64,000 nt of DNA. It comes from Macrostomum lignano (lineage: Eukaryota). The first letter of the stretch is position 1, and each line of letters begins with the position of its first letter. The notes below the pieces were generated by a model. That model made no database searches and had not been told where the DNA came from. It saw only the letters and a program-made list of their open reading frames with translations. The stretch lies in the NCBI GenBank assembly GCA_002269645.1, contig NIVC01000877.1, positions 62,001 to 126,000 on the forward strand. Reading direction: 5' to 3'. The position numbers and the translations under genes are program-made. Shown piece after piece: positions 27,179 to 40,022 of the stretch.

Positions 27179-27807
27179 CAAGCTGTTGAAAGCCGCGGAA
27201 TTTGAACCCGGGGAATTCCAACCCCCGGAACTATTTTTGCATGTATTCTGAAATCTAAGGCCATACACAAACAAAAACTTGTTAATAGTTAGTAGGATAG
27301 AGGTAGACATAAAATGGAGCACATTCGTGTAAAATTAGGGTTTGAGACATTGTTGGCTGGGGTACTGCGCAGAATGTCAGGCAATGTCTGTCTGACTCTA
27401 AAGCATATATTGCTAAACTCTGGTCTCTCCCTGACTCTCCCTACTTCCCTTGGATCCTTTAAAATTTCTATCGTCTCTTTGTTTCCTCTCATCTCTCTTG
27501 TCCCTCGTCTCTCCTCTCTCCTCTCTCCCCTCTTCTCTCGTATCTTCCCTCATCTCTCTTCTCTTTCATCTCTCTTATCTCATCTCTTGTCTCTTCGTTT
27601 CTCTCTCCCCTCCTTTCTCCTCTCTACTTTTTCGTTTTCTCTCTCCTCTCCTCTCTCCTCTCTCCCCCTCTCCTCTACTCTCTCATCTCTCCCCTCTTCT
27701 CTCGTCTCTTCCCTCACCTCTTTTCTCTCTCATCTTTGCTCTCTCATCATTCCTTTCTCTTCTTTTATCTTTTATCTCTTATCTCTTCTTATTTCTCTCT
27801 GCTCTGC

Positions 27808-27902
<95 letters not shown>

Positions 27903-28004
27903 TCTCTCTCTTCTCTGTCTTTCTCTCTTATCTCTCCTTCTCTCTCTACTCTCTCCCCTCTCCATTCTCCTCTTTCCTCTCCTCTCTCCTCACTCACTTC
28001 TCTA
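27179..28004 (+). mobile_element. Helentron/HINE-like unit 3, 3'-truncated
   Basis: Same head and CT-rich start; ends abruptly at the duplicated block at 28005. Confidence 0.6.
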
Positions 28005-28795
28005 CCAAAGGGAAAGGACTAGATTGCTAGTTACTTTTAATCAAAAAGTACTATGAATACTTTTAAATGCTATAACCTATTATCTTTGTTATATAATAAA
28101 TGAAATTATGCTATATCTATTATTGAATGGCCCATTCTGATTCATTAATTAAATGAGCTATCCCTAGGCCCCTATTTCCTAAAGGCCTATCTTTGACATA
28201 GCTTTAAAAAACTAGTGCCTAATTTTAGGTTCAGTGCATACGTCTATATTTCTAACATATAATTTGAATTACAGAGCAAAAGTTCAATATTTTTAAAAAC
28301 TAGACAGAATGGACACTGGTTATTGCATAGTTGGTAATGTTGACTACAGTGTTTATATCACAGACAAAAAGTTTGTTAATAAATTTCTGTATACACCAAA
28401 AAACAGTAAACTTCCAGAACTTGTAAGTTTAATTTTCTTGTCTTTCTTGTAAGCTGTATAGTTTATTTAGTGTTATATTTACAATATATTACCTATATAC
28501 AAATTAATACTTTTTTATTTAGGACTGTAAAACTATCTCAAAAGTTCTGGACAACGGGCCCTGCTCATTTAGCGAGGCGAATTCAAAATCAGAACCACTG
28601 CCAGCTGCTATGTCAGTAAGAACTAAAAAATATTTTGAATGAGACATTTAGGACTGCATTCTAACATTTAAATAAAAAAGCTTATGACATGTAAACTATA
28701 TCTATAATACTTATATCATAAGCACAAGAATAGAGTCAAATTCCACTGAAGCATGGGGATAGCTGCTCCCACTGAAGCATCACATGGGAATAGCT
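28005..28795 (+). repeat. About 0.8-kb block duplicated at 39286-40065
   Basis: Collinear, high-identity match starting CCAAAGGGAAAG.ACTAGATTGCTAGTTAC. Confidence 0.92.
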
Positions 28796-29847
28796 GCTTG
28801 CTCCGACTGCACTGAAGCATTATCTTACACAATACATGTATTATACTATTAGTAAGCTTTTTGCCAAATGACTTTTTTTAAATACATTTTGGCAAAAGAC
28901 CTTTCACTGAAATGACTTTTCGCCGAAATGACTGGTACCCTTGTTAATTAGGCCCTACTTGATTTAAGATTCTAGCAATTAACTAAATAGGGCCTAATCT
29001 ATAGGCCTAGGCCTAGTTGTCAATAACTTGATTTATTGATGAACAGATCAACACTAATTATTGCTAACCAATTCAATAAATTATAAATCATAAACAGAAA
29101 ATTATTTATCTAGATAGGTCTACAATATTATAAAATATCTGTGATCGTGTGCGTGTCAGCGTGTGTTCATGTAAATGTATGATTTTTTTAAATTTGCCAA
29201 TGTAAATGGCTGACTTTCGGTATCGGAACCCATTTTCTAACGGCTATGGATCCAGCAGTGCAATTTATTGGTAATATAGCAGAAACATTATACTTTTAAT
29301 GGGTGTTAGATATTGAAATTCAGTTCAAGAATAGGGCCTATAATCCAATCCAGCTAATCACTTCTCATTTTCTCACTTCTCATATAACGCAAAAGGATAT
29401 ATGAATGATGAGATTCGAAACAGTGCTGCTGCTAAAGTTTTCACGGAAAACTAAATTTAACAAGCTTAAGCTAATTTACAAGCTAATAAGCTAGAAAAAA
29501 TGGTTCATTTGCTATAAATTCAAATAGCTACTTTGAAAAATATATGCTAGTCAATTTTGATATCTAAATAATTTACTTCCATATTTTATCTACACAACTA
29601 CAGCTATAAGGCAAGGACGACGCTCAAGTTACATGAGCCCGTGCCATTTCTTCAGCGCTCCACTGTTGCTCCAGTTTCAATTTCAATAATTCAATTATTC
29701 AATTTCTATTATATTATACATGTTATATTATATTAGCCATGTGCAATGCATACAGACCTTAGGCCCTATTAGGCTATTATATTATATTAGGCCCTAGGTA
29801 GGAGAACTTATCTTCTTCTAAATAACTAAATCTAAAAAGTTTCTATG

Positions 29848-30133
29848 TATACATGCATGCGCAACTGCTGGCCGACCTGACCGATCTGGCCACCGTACAT
29901 TGTGGTGGACCAGGGATAAGTCGCAAAAAAGCCCACCCAAAGAATAGACGTATAACTAATTAGATGACGAGGCATTTAGCCCTTATAAGACAGTCATAGT
30001 TACTCCTGCCGTTTACCCAAAATTGCGTTAATGTTGCTCTAGGGTTTCTTTCACAGGTAAGTCGCATTTTTGGTCAAAAAGTAAGTCGTATGGGCCAGTG
30101 TAAATCAGGGGGTTGCGCATGTATGCATGTATA
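29848..30133. mobile_element. 286-bp MITE carrying a 28S rRNA H69-H71 fragment (copy D, about 29955-30018, minus strand)
   Basis: TIRs TATACATGCATGCGCAAC / GTTGCGCATGTATGCATGTATA; interior (minus) GGGTAAACGGCAGGAGTAACTATGACTGTCTTATAAGGGCTAAATGCCTCGTCATCTAATTAG. Confidence 0.8.
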
Positions 30134-30439
30134 GGGCATAGGCCTTTTGGTAATAAATTTTAAAAGAAATTATCCAACCAATTTTTTTCAAACTTGCACA
30201 ATTCTATTCTATCAAATTTTTAAATTGCTAAAGCCAAAAGAATTAAATATTCAAAAAAACATTTTTTTGCTATGCCATACTTAGCAACATGGTGGCCAAT
30301 GCCAGTTCATTGATGCCGATGACTCAGCCCAATGCCAAAGCCAAGCCATATGCAACATAAGCATTGCCAAGCAATTGCATACAAATGCAATGGTAGTATG
30401 CAGCTTAATCTGATGAATTTTGGTGCAAAAAGGTCGGCG

Positions 30440-30640
30440 GGCAAACTTCTAGTGGGCAAACATTGGTAGGCAAACATTGGCAAGCAAACATTGGCAGACA
30501 AACTTCTAGCAGGCAAATGTTGGTAGGCAAACTTTGGCAGGCAAACATTGGTAGGCAAATGTTGGTGGGCAAACATTGGTAGGCAAATGTTGGTGGGCAA
30601 ACATTGGCAAGCAAACTTCTGGCAGGCAAACATGAAACAT
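30440..30640. repeat. Short degenerate repeat (GGCAAACATTGGTA-like)
   Basis: Directly visible. Confidence 0.75.
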
Positions 30641-31140
30641 CAGCAGGCAAACCTCTTGCTCCTCTCTAATAGTGACTAGGTCATACTTATAGACTGGTCG
30701 TGTCACTATAGAGACTTTGGCTGCCATGTCAATAAAACTTGCATAGTGGCTGTTGTTAATATTGAATAGGTTCATACTTAGAGACACAGTGGGTGGCCAT
30801 GTCTATAACATTAGAGCTTATAGGCACAATTGCCATGTATATAATCATTGATATAAAATGCGTGTTCTATAAGGCTCGCTTATAAGCAAATAGTGGCTTA
30901 GTAGATAAGTTAATTGCCATGTGATTGCGTGAAAAGGTTTAAATCCCATGGTCAGAGTTTTTTTTAAATTTAATTTTTTTTTATAAAAAAAAAGACTAAC
31001 ACTAAATCTTAAAGTGCGGCCAAAATTAGATATGTAGCTACTGAAAAAGAAATAATTTTTTTGATACATATTGGCTACATTTTGTCATGAGTTAAACATT
31101 ATATAGCCTATTAAAGCCAGGGATAGATATGAGCTAGATA

Positions 31141-32439
31141 CCCGGTGCGCCACATACCAGGGAACACTAGTAAAAACTGACAAAGCATAGCATACTTCAG
31201 AATATGTTTAAGACAGCAACTTGAAACTGCAGTATATTTGACTTTAGCATATTGCTGTACTTTACTCAAAATATGAACCACCTGCCTCAATCACTTTGCT
31301 CAGGCGACCTCTGAATGCAGCACATGTGTGCTGAACAAAGACTCAGGGCATTGCATGCCACTCCCGCTGAATAGAGCGCCGCAGAGCCGCGACATTCGAA
31401 TGACGCTTAGCACAGGCCCTGGCCTTCAGACGCGGCCATATGCCGTAGTCAAGGGGCGAGAGATCTAGTGAGTGCGCAGGCCACAAATCCTTCGGCCAGA
31501 AGTCAGGGGCCTCTGAGCTCAGGAACTCCTGGGTCAGGTGGGCAGTGTGTGCTGGTGCTCCATCCTGCTGCCAGATCCACGCATCGCCGAACGTTTGCCG
31601 AGCCCACGGGAAGATGTGCTGACGCAGAATGTCCACATACTTGGCAGCATTGAGACATTCTCCACAATCGAGGAAAATTTGAGGAGCAACTTGGCCATCG
31701 CTAGCCACCACACCAAGGAGCTGCAGGCCACCGCAGTACTTGGTCTTTTTGACAGCCTTGATGCTCCAGCTGACCATCTTAGAACTCTTGGCCATGTACC
31801 TGGAGTTCTCCAGGCCCAGGAACTCGTCCAGGTGAAGTGGAGTCTCGTCGCTGAACAACACGACGGTGTCAGGCCTCTTCGACTTCAGACGCGACAGCAA
31901 AGCTCTCGCTCTTCGCTGACGCTCTTCAACAGCTCCTTCTGGAAGGTGGTGACATACCTGCCGCTTGAAGCACTTTGCGCCAATGTCTTCGTGAACGAGT
32001 CGACGCATTGTTGTTGCCAAAACACCACTCTGGGCTGCCAGACTGCAAAGAGATCTTCTTGCATTGGACGCTATCTTCCGCTTCACTGATGTGATCAGCG
32101 TCTTTGTCCTTGCAGTCTTTGTCCGCTTACGGGAAACCTTCACATCGCCAGTTGCTTCCCACAGACGTTTTGTGGCATAAACAGTCTTTCTGGTGACTCC
32201 AAGACACTTTAAGATTTGAGTTGGTGTGCTTCCGCGTTTGAGCAACTCAACTAAAGCACGACGCTTGTGCTCCATTGGGAAATTACAACTGATTAGAGGG
32301 CCACAAGCAAGAGACAAGTGATTTAAAATGAAGCTTAGAAAATTTAGAACATTTAAATATGTTCCTTTTTCGTTTTTCGGTTTCAGTGCGTTAATTACGT
32401 CAGTCTAAAAAAGTGTTCCCTGGTATCTGGCGCACCGGG
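31141..32439 (-). mobile_element. Tc1/mariner superfamily maT (DD37D) transposon
   Basis: 28-bp TIRs CCCGGTGCGCCA(C/G)ATACCAGGGAACACT, TA TSD, transposase ORF inside. Confidence 0.93.
31343..32317 (-). pseudogene. DD37D transposase with one premature TGA near the C-terminus
   Basis: FSDET, WQQDGAPAH, 37 residues, SPLDY; the frame continues after the stop as VFVQHTCAAFRGRLSKVIEAGGSYFE*. Confidence 0.9.
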
Positions 32440-32521
32440 TAGATAGATAGACAGATATAGATACATATAGATAGATAGATAAGAACTATACAATCCTTCT
32501 TTCCTTCCTATATACTAAAAA

Positions 32522-32700
32522 TAAGCTTTTGAAGCCTGCAAGTTTTGAACCTGCAAAAATTCTATCCTGGAACTATTTTTGCATATATTACTAAAATCTA
32601 ATGCTATACTCAAACAAAAATTTATTAATAGCTAGTAGGATAAAGATAAATATAAAATGAAATACAATTCTATAAAATTAGGATTTGAGGCATTTGAGGC
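32522..32700 (+). mobile_element. Diverged head of the Helentron-like family
   Basis: AAGCTTTTGAAGCCTGCAAGTTTTGAACC...CTCAAACAAAAATTTATTAATAG similar to the unit heads at 21501, 24560 and 27179. Confidence 0.6.
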
Positions 32701-33177
32701 ATAGATCTGTTTGTCTGACCGGTATTCCAGTCCACAGCCTGAATGCCTGAACCAATTTTTTTCAAACTTGCTTTATTCAACTCAAAATTCTTGTGAGATT
32801 GTGTGGGTGTAATTGCATTGCAAAATTCGAATGGGAAGTTGGTTAAATATTCAAAAAACTGTATTTTCCCTATCTGATTAGTGTATTTCTCTTGTAGTGA
32901 GAGCTCAATATGTCTATGGCCATAGACTAAACTTCAATTTCTTGTAGCTTGGATGCTAGGAGCTATAAATAATTAAATATTCGACAGCTTTAATATATGA
33001 AAGGGAGATGCTCAGTTACTGTGTTCTGACCCTGGCTGATTGGCAAACTGCATAAAGAATTGCTATTTTTAGATTTCACTCAAATCAAGCTCATTTTCAC
33101 TTCATTGAGCTTGAGTTTTCAACTTTTCAACTTTCAACTTTTCATTTTCAACTCAATTTCACTTCACTCAAGCAAGC

Positions 33178-34150
33178 AATTCCCCAGATCTAGACAGCAA
33201 GCAATCCCCCAGATCTAGACAGCAAGCAATCCCCCAGATCTAGACAGCAAACAATCCCCCAGATCTAGACAGCAAGCAATCCTCCAGATCTAGACAGCAA
33301 GCAATCCCCCAGATCTAGACAGCAAGCAATCCCTCAGATCTAGACAGCAAGCAATCCCCCAGATCTAGATAGCAAGAAATCCTCCAGATCTAGACAGCAA
33401 GCAATCCCCTAGATCTAGACAGCAAGCAATCCCCCAGATCTAGACAGCAAGCAATCCCCCACCCAGATCTAGACAGCAAGCAATCCCCCACCCAGATCTA
33501 GACAGCAAGCAATCCCCCAGATCTAGACAGCAAGCAATCCCCCAGATCTAGACAGCAAGCAATCCCCTAGATCTAGACAGCAAGTAATCCCCCAGATCTA
33601 GACAGCAAGCAATCCCCCAGATGTAGACAGCAAGCAATCCCCCAGATCTAGACAGCAAGCAATCCCCCAGATCTAGACAGCAAGCAATCCCCCAGATCTA
33701 GACAGCAAGCAATCCCCCAGATCTAGACAGCAAGCAATCCCCCAGATCTAGACAGCAAACAATCCCCCAGATCTAGACAGCAAGCAATCCTCCAGATCTA
33801 GACAGCAAGCAATCCCCCAGATCTAGACAGCAAGCAATCCCTCAGATCTAGACAGCAAGCAATCCCCCAGATCTAGACAGCAAGCAATCCCTCAGATCTA
33901 GACAGCAAGCAATCCCCCAGATCTAAACAGCAAGCAATCCCCCAGATCTAGACAGCAAGCAATCCTCCAGATCTAGACAGCAAGCAATCCCCCAGATCTA
34001 GACAGCAAGCAATCGCCCAGATCTAGACAGCAAGCAATCCCTCAGATCTAGACAGCAAGCAATCCTCCAGATCTAGACAGCAAGCAATCCCGCAGATCTA
34101 GACAGCAAGCATCCCCCAGACAGCAAGCATCCCCCAGACAGCAAGCATCC
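33178..34150. repeat. 25-bp minisatellite (AGATCTAGACAGCAAGCAATCCCCC), about 38 copies
   Basis: Directly visible repeats. Confidence 0.96.
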
Positions 34151-35418
34151 AACAGACGTAGCAAGCACCCAAGACCCGGGGCACACACATGCAGACCATT
34201 TCTAGCATCAGCCATATATGCTTTGGCACTGCAGTCAAATACATAGCAGCGATAGGCCGCTCTAAATATCAAGGCTTATTGGAAACTTCTACCAGAACAT
34301 TCTATAGTATTTTTGGCATATTTTCATTTTCATTTTTGTGTTCCCCAAATGGGCTAGATTGCTAGTCAATGTACTAAAAATTCAATTCATTTTATAAAGT
34401 CAATGAGAGCTAGCCTGGAAGTGAATAGACTGATCTTTTAATGCAGTGACCTGGGTTTGAATCTTAGTAGTTAAATGATTTTTATTAAAAGATGATTTTT
34501 ATATGTAGAGATTTTTTAAATAAAGGGTTTGTTGCACTTGATGAGGAAAGGACTATTGCATTGTCTAAAAAATTATTGCACTAGATGAAAAAAAGGATTT
34601 TTTTACTAGGCCTAGATGAGAAAGGGGTTATTGCACTAGCTTAGAAAAGAATAATTGCACTGGCTTAAAACCCCATTGCAGCCAATGGTCATTATTGTGG
34701 ATAATGTGCAACATCCAGCGCAGACTGGCCTTTAGTAGTACAAGCGCAGTCTAGCGTAGTTTGGTGTAAGAAAGGGGGATATCTGGCAAGGTTTAGACCT
34801 TGGCTACAATAGGGGCTCAGAAGTGGATTATTGCACTAGCTAAGACATGGATTATTGTACTACACGAGAAAATGATATACTACATGAGAAAATAATGATG
34901 TAGTAGAGAATGGCTATGATATAGCCATTGTCGGCTGATTTTCCATGAAGGAATGGCATTCTTGCACTCTTTTGCGTGCAGAAATTGATGTCTATGGTAA
35001 AATCTCACTGAAAAAGCATTAGGCGCAAAAATGCATTCCTGCACGGTTTTGTGCATTCCTGCACGGTTTTGTGCATTCCTGCACGATGAATAATCCGACA
35101 ATGGGATTCCTTCACGTTCACTCGTGCGTGAAGGACATCGTGAACTCGTTCGCTAGCGCGCACTCGTGCAGATGTCATTCCCGCACTCGTGACCGTGCAG
35201 GAATCATTCATTCTCCACTGGCATTGTATTATTTTGGGCGCCTATTACCCATAGACATTTGGAGCGTGCAACAATAAAGTAATCTGAGCGTGCAACAATA
35301 CTTCAATGTTGCACGCTCCAAATATGTCTATGGCCCAAAGATCTGGGCAGTTTAGAGCAGTGAAGAGACGGGCCAAGCCAAGCGAGGTCAGCGAGTTTGC
35401 GGCCAAAAAGCTGTCATC

Positions 35419-35697
35419 ATGATTTACGAAGCATCAACGGGCGAGCCTATTGGATTGCTGCATATGTCGCAAGGAGATGTCGTTGGTTTGTCGTCTTCTG
35501 AGATTGGCGAGCGAATCCGGCGGGAGGCGACTATGCAAGGCCTGCTGGACGATCTGGCTCAGTTGGATGTGAATGAAATCGAGGCGCTGTTGGCTGGTCA
35601 AGATCCGCAACAAGACTTGCTCAGGGAGATGGATGTAATGCAACTCGACACTACTTCAACGAGGTGCTTTCAAGCAAGAACTATGCCTGCGAACTGA
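35419..35697 (+). CDS. Small acidic ORF of unknown function (92 aa)
   Basis: ATG-initiated, balanced-composition ORF in a GC-richer island; no family recognised. Confidence 0.35.
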   Translation: MIYEASTGEPIGLLHMSQGDVVGLSSSEIGERIRREATMQGLLDDLAQLDVNEIEALLAGQDPQQDLLREMDVMQLDTTSTRCFQARTMPAN

Positions 35698-35760
35698 ATA
35701 CAGCCGATATCGAACAGTTAGTCACTGGCTTGCGAATCTTCTATGCTTTTGTTCGTGAAC

Positions 35761-36577
35761 TAATATAGCTTTTTGCAGCCCATTTGGGCTTATGCGCATT
35801 TAATTTAATCCAAGATACGTTTGCCAATGTAACGGAGCTTTTGTCTATGGTAGCAAGGCTGGCACAGCGGCATTCAATTTGGTCCAACAAGCATCAATTT
35901 GGTCCAAACGCTCATGAGCCATTCGGCAAACTCTTGCCTTTTCGCAACCGCCTGCAGGTTGTAGCCTACCGCTGGAATTTCAGCGTCTCTACCAACAGTT
36001 TTCAGTCGCTTTTCCAGAGCTCTCTGTAAACCATCTTTTCTTTGAACCATTTGCTGGGCTGTCGAACCATTGGCTTGTGATTTAAGCACTGAACAGAGGT
36101 GAACACCAAAAGGACATTGCAAGGCTGCTGAATGTAAAAGAAAAGATGGTTTACAGCATCCATCAGCGCGTTGAAACCACTGGCGGCAGAGGTCGCCTGC
36201 GAAAGGGTGGCAATCGCCAAGGCAAGTTGCGAGAGCCTCAGGTCCAGTTGAGACGAACCCTTTTTTGACAGTGCAGAAATGCAGCAGAAGTTAAAGGAAC
36301 AGTTCCAGTTGGTTATCAGATTTCGATTATTAGCAGTGCTATGGAAAAGCGACTAAAAATTTTTGATAGACATGCAGACATTCCAGGGGTACGCAACAAC
36401 CTGCAGACGGTTGCGAAAAGGCAAGAGTTTGCCGAATGGCTCACGAGCGTTTGCACCAAATTAAATGCCGCTGTGCCAGCCTTGCTACCATAGACAAAAG
36501 CTCCGTTACGTTGGCAAACGTATCTTGGATTAAATTCAACGCGCGCAAGCCCAAATGGGCTGCAAAAAGCTATATTA
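35761..36577. mobile_element. Foldback-like element with about 200-bp inverted arms derived from coding sequence
   Basis: TAATATAGCTTTTTGCAGCCCATTTGGGC ... GCCCAAATGGGCTGCAAAAAGCTATATTA; both arms translate to LQxVAKRQEFAEWL. Confidence 0.7.
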
Positions 36578-36645
36578 TACTACACTAGATAAAAAAGATT
36601 ATTGCGCTTGATGAAAAAGGGATTATTGCACTAGCTAAGACATGG

Positions 36646-38344
36646 CACGCAGAGCACGACGGTCTTCTGCATGTTGACCACCAGGCCGACACTCGCCGCA
36701 ACAGAAACTAGCTTGTCCAGTTGTCGCTGGGCGCCCTCGACAATTGAGGACAGCAGAGCGAGGTCATCGGCGTAGCCAAGCACACTGAGCCGCCTCTCCA
36801 GTTGACGTTGACCCACGCGTCGCCGCAACAGAAAGCCGTCGTCATTGGTAGGAAGAGCGGTCCGCAGCACCCAGTCATGCACCAGAACGAACAGGAATGG
36901 CGCAAGCGTATCTCCCTGAAGTACCCTGGAGGATGTCTCAAAGAAGTCCGATATGCCGTCCGGTGTTGAAACAGCAGCTTTCGTATCACGGTACATCACC
37001 GTGTTGGCGGAACTCAGCTGCTCTGGCAAGTTGTACGCACGGAGCACCTTTGGGAGCACAGACGTGACGACCGAGTCGAATGCCTTCTTGAAATTTATGA
37101 ATATAACAATTAGGATCGACTGGCGTATCCGTGCTTCCTCGTCGAAGAGCCAGGATCTGCGTCACTGTGCCGCGATGGGGCCGGAAGCCGTTCTGCTCAG
37201 GACGCAGGTACGGATCCAGCACGGGCTGCAATCGCGATAATAGCATCCGGTTGAACAAATTCGCAGCGCAGGACTGAAGGCAGATACCTCGATGCTCCTC
37301 AAGCCTTGTGGTACCCGGCTTCTTAGGAACTGCGATGATGTGCACCGTGTCCATTCGTCACCGAAGATTCATCACTCTGGTGACCTCACTGGCCACACAG
37401 TGGATGCGCAGCGCCTCGATGGGCACCTCGTCTGGACCCAGCGCTTTCCCGCCCGGTGACTGTTAGGCGAGCCTCACAACGTCGGCTGTGCTGACTGGTG
37501 CTAGACTGAAGCTCTCCTCTGCCGGCAACGGCATCTCCGGCGGCAGCGTCAGACTGTCTGGCATCGGGGGTGGCGGCGCGTTGACAATGGTGGCAAATAA
37601 CTCATCCAGCTTGTTCCTGCACTCGTCCGCAGATTCGCCTGCCAGGTTTAGCGGAATGTGCCGCTTTCGCCCCGTCAGAGCATTGATAGACGACAGCAGA
37701 GACCATCGTGCTCTGCGTGCCAGACGACATCGAGGCTGCGATTTTGTGCCAAGGCGCTGATAGACAGGCGACAGAGCTTCCGCATTGTCAGCAGTTTGTC
37801 TACCTCGGGTGGTCTGGTTCCCGGCGTCCGCGAGGATTTGCGGCGTACCGCGGCTTGCCTGGGCTGCCTTTCGTTCTGTGAGGGCAGTCCTACAGTTCGA
37901 GGCCTTACCTGACTGCCAGAGGGCACCGTTGTTCCAGGTGGTGATTGAGACCGTCCTGCTGTACAATGCCGAAACTTGGACGCTGACGGATTCGCTCGAG
38001 CAACAAGTTGACGCGGAGCACGCTGGATTGGCTACGAGTGAGTGACCAACGCGGCTTTGTATCGCTGTGCCAGCCTGATCCGTCCAAGTGACCTGCTGTG
38101 CCATTGGCGACCCCAGCTGGCAGGCCACATCATCTGCGCCAAGTCGTACTGCCCAGAACCAATGCAGGAGGTGCTGCTGACGCTGCAGGCACCCCACCGG
38201 CGGGGGCAGGCGTGCACTTGGCGTTTCGTCGACTGCCTGCTGGCTGACGCCGGCACCTTAGATTCGGCTGGCGGTGTGGCGTTCATTTGCGACCTGGCCT
38301 TGAGGCGCGCCTTGTGACGCAAACTGCATATTATGTTGTTGTTT
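36646..38344. mobile_element. 5'-truncated, 5'-inverted RTE-clade non-LTR retroposon (twin-priming structure), decayed
   Basis: RT motifs (QGDTLAPFLF, YADD) on minus 36646-37700; C-terminal part on plus 37701-38320; (GTT)n tail; 10-bp TSD TAAGACATGG at 36636 and 38345. Confidence 0.9.
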
Positions 38345-38597
38345 TAAGACATGGATTATTGTACTAACTTTAAAAGGGATGATTGTACAACATGAAGAAA
38401 GAAATTTTGCACTTGTTGAGAAAAGGATTATTGCACTAGCTGAAAAAAATTGTTACAATAGCTACTTGCTATTTGAGGGGATAGTTGCTATTTAGAGAAT
38501 GTTTGCTATTGGGATGCTTGCTATTTATGGGGGTGCCTACTTTTGAAGGGGGTGCTTGTTCTCAGGGGAGGTATTTGCTATCTGAACTAAAGGATGC

Positions 38598-38950
38598 TGA
38601 CATAAATGCGAAACTGCTGGCAGACCTGGTTAATCCTGCCATCGTAAAGTGTGATGGATCAGGGGTGAGTTGCAAAAATACCCACCCAAAAATATAGATG
38701 TAATACTAGTTTTTTACAAGACAACCACATGAAATTTAAGAAAATTGATTTTTTATTCTGACAGACGGCATTATTGGCATGATGGCATTATCAGCTAATA
38801 TTAGATGATAAAGTATTTAGCCTTAAAAAGACAGTCATAGTTACTCCTGCCATTTACCCAAAATTGCATCAATTTTTGCTTTAGGTTTATTTCACAGGTA
38901 AGTCGCATGGCTAGTATAAATCAGGGGGTTGTGCATGTATGGATGCTAGC
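38598..38950. mobile_element. Diverged copy of the 28S-fragment MITE (28S copy E, about 38796-38859, minus strand)
   Basis: Homologous to 29848-30133, including the right end GGGGGTTGTGCATGTATG and TAGTTACTCCTGCCATTTACCC. Confidence 0.75.
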
Positions 38951-40022
38951 TATTTAAGGATTCCTGCTATCTAGGGTTGCTTGTTATTTAGGGATACTTG
39001 CTATCTGAGAGATGCTTGCTCTCTGATAGTTGCTATTTGGAGAGATATTTTCTGTCTGGGGGATGCTTTTTATTTAGAGGAATGCCTGCTTTTTGTGAAG
39101 CTTTTATTTTGTTATGTCCTTTTTGTTGATTTTAGAAAATAGAGATTCATAATAAAATTTTTGTTTATGACTATTTATACTTAAATAAGGTGATTTATAA
39201 AACTGAAAAATCAATTGGTACTTAAGAAAATGTGCTTTTTAATGGATTTGCAGAAATAATTTTTGCTCCTTGCTTATTGGCTATCCCAAAGGGAAAGCAC
39301 TAGATTGCTAGTTACTTTTAATCAAAAAGTACTATGAATACTTTTAAATGCTATAACCTATTATCTTTGTTATATAATAAATGAAATTATGCTATATCTA
39401 TTATTGAATGGCCCATTCTGATTCATTAATTAAATGAGCTATCCCTAGGCCCCTATTTCCTAAAGGCCTATCTTTGACATAGCTTTAAAAAACTAGTGCC
39501 TAATTTTAGGTTCAGTGCATACGTCTATATTTCTAACATATAATTTGAATTACTGAGCAAAAGTTCAGTATTTTTGGACACTAAACAGAATGGACACTGG
39601 TTATCGCATAGTTGGTAATGTTGACTACAGTGTTTATATCACAGACAAAAAGTTTGTTAATAAATTTCTGTATACACCAAAAAACAGTAAACTTCCAGAA
39701 CTTGTAAGTTTAATTTTCTTGTCTTTCTTGTAAGCTATATAGTTTATTTAGTGTTATATTTACAATATATTACCTACATACAAATTAATTATTTTTTTTA
39801 ATTAGGACTGTAAAACCATCTCAAAAGTTCTGGACAATGGGCCCTGGTCATCTAGCGAGGCGAATTCAAAATCAGAACCACTGCCAGCTGCCATGCCAGT
39901 AAGAACTATAAATATTTTGAATGAGACATTTAGGACTGCATTCTAACATTTAAATAAAAAAGCTTAATCTAAACTATATCTATAATACTTATATCATAAG
40001 CACAAAAATGGAGTCAAATTCC

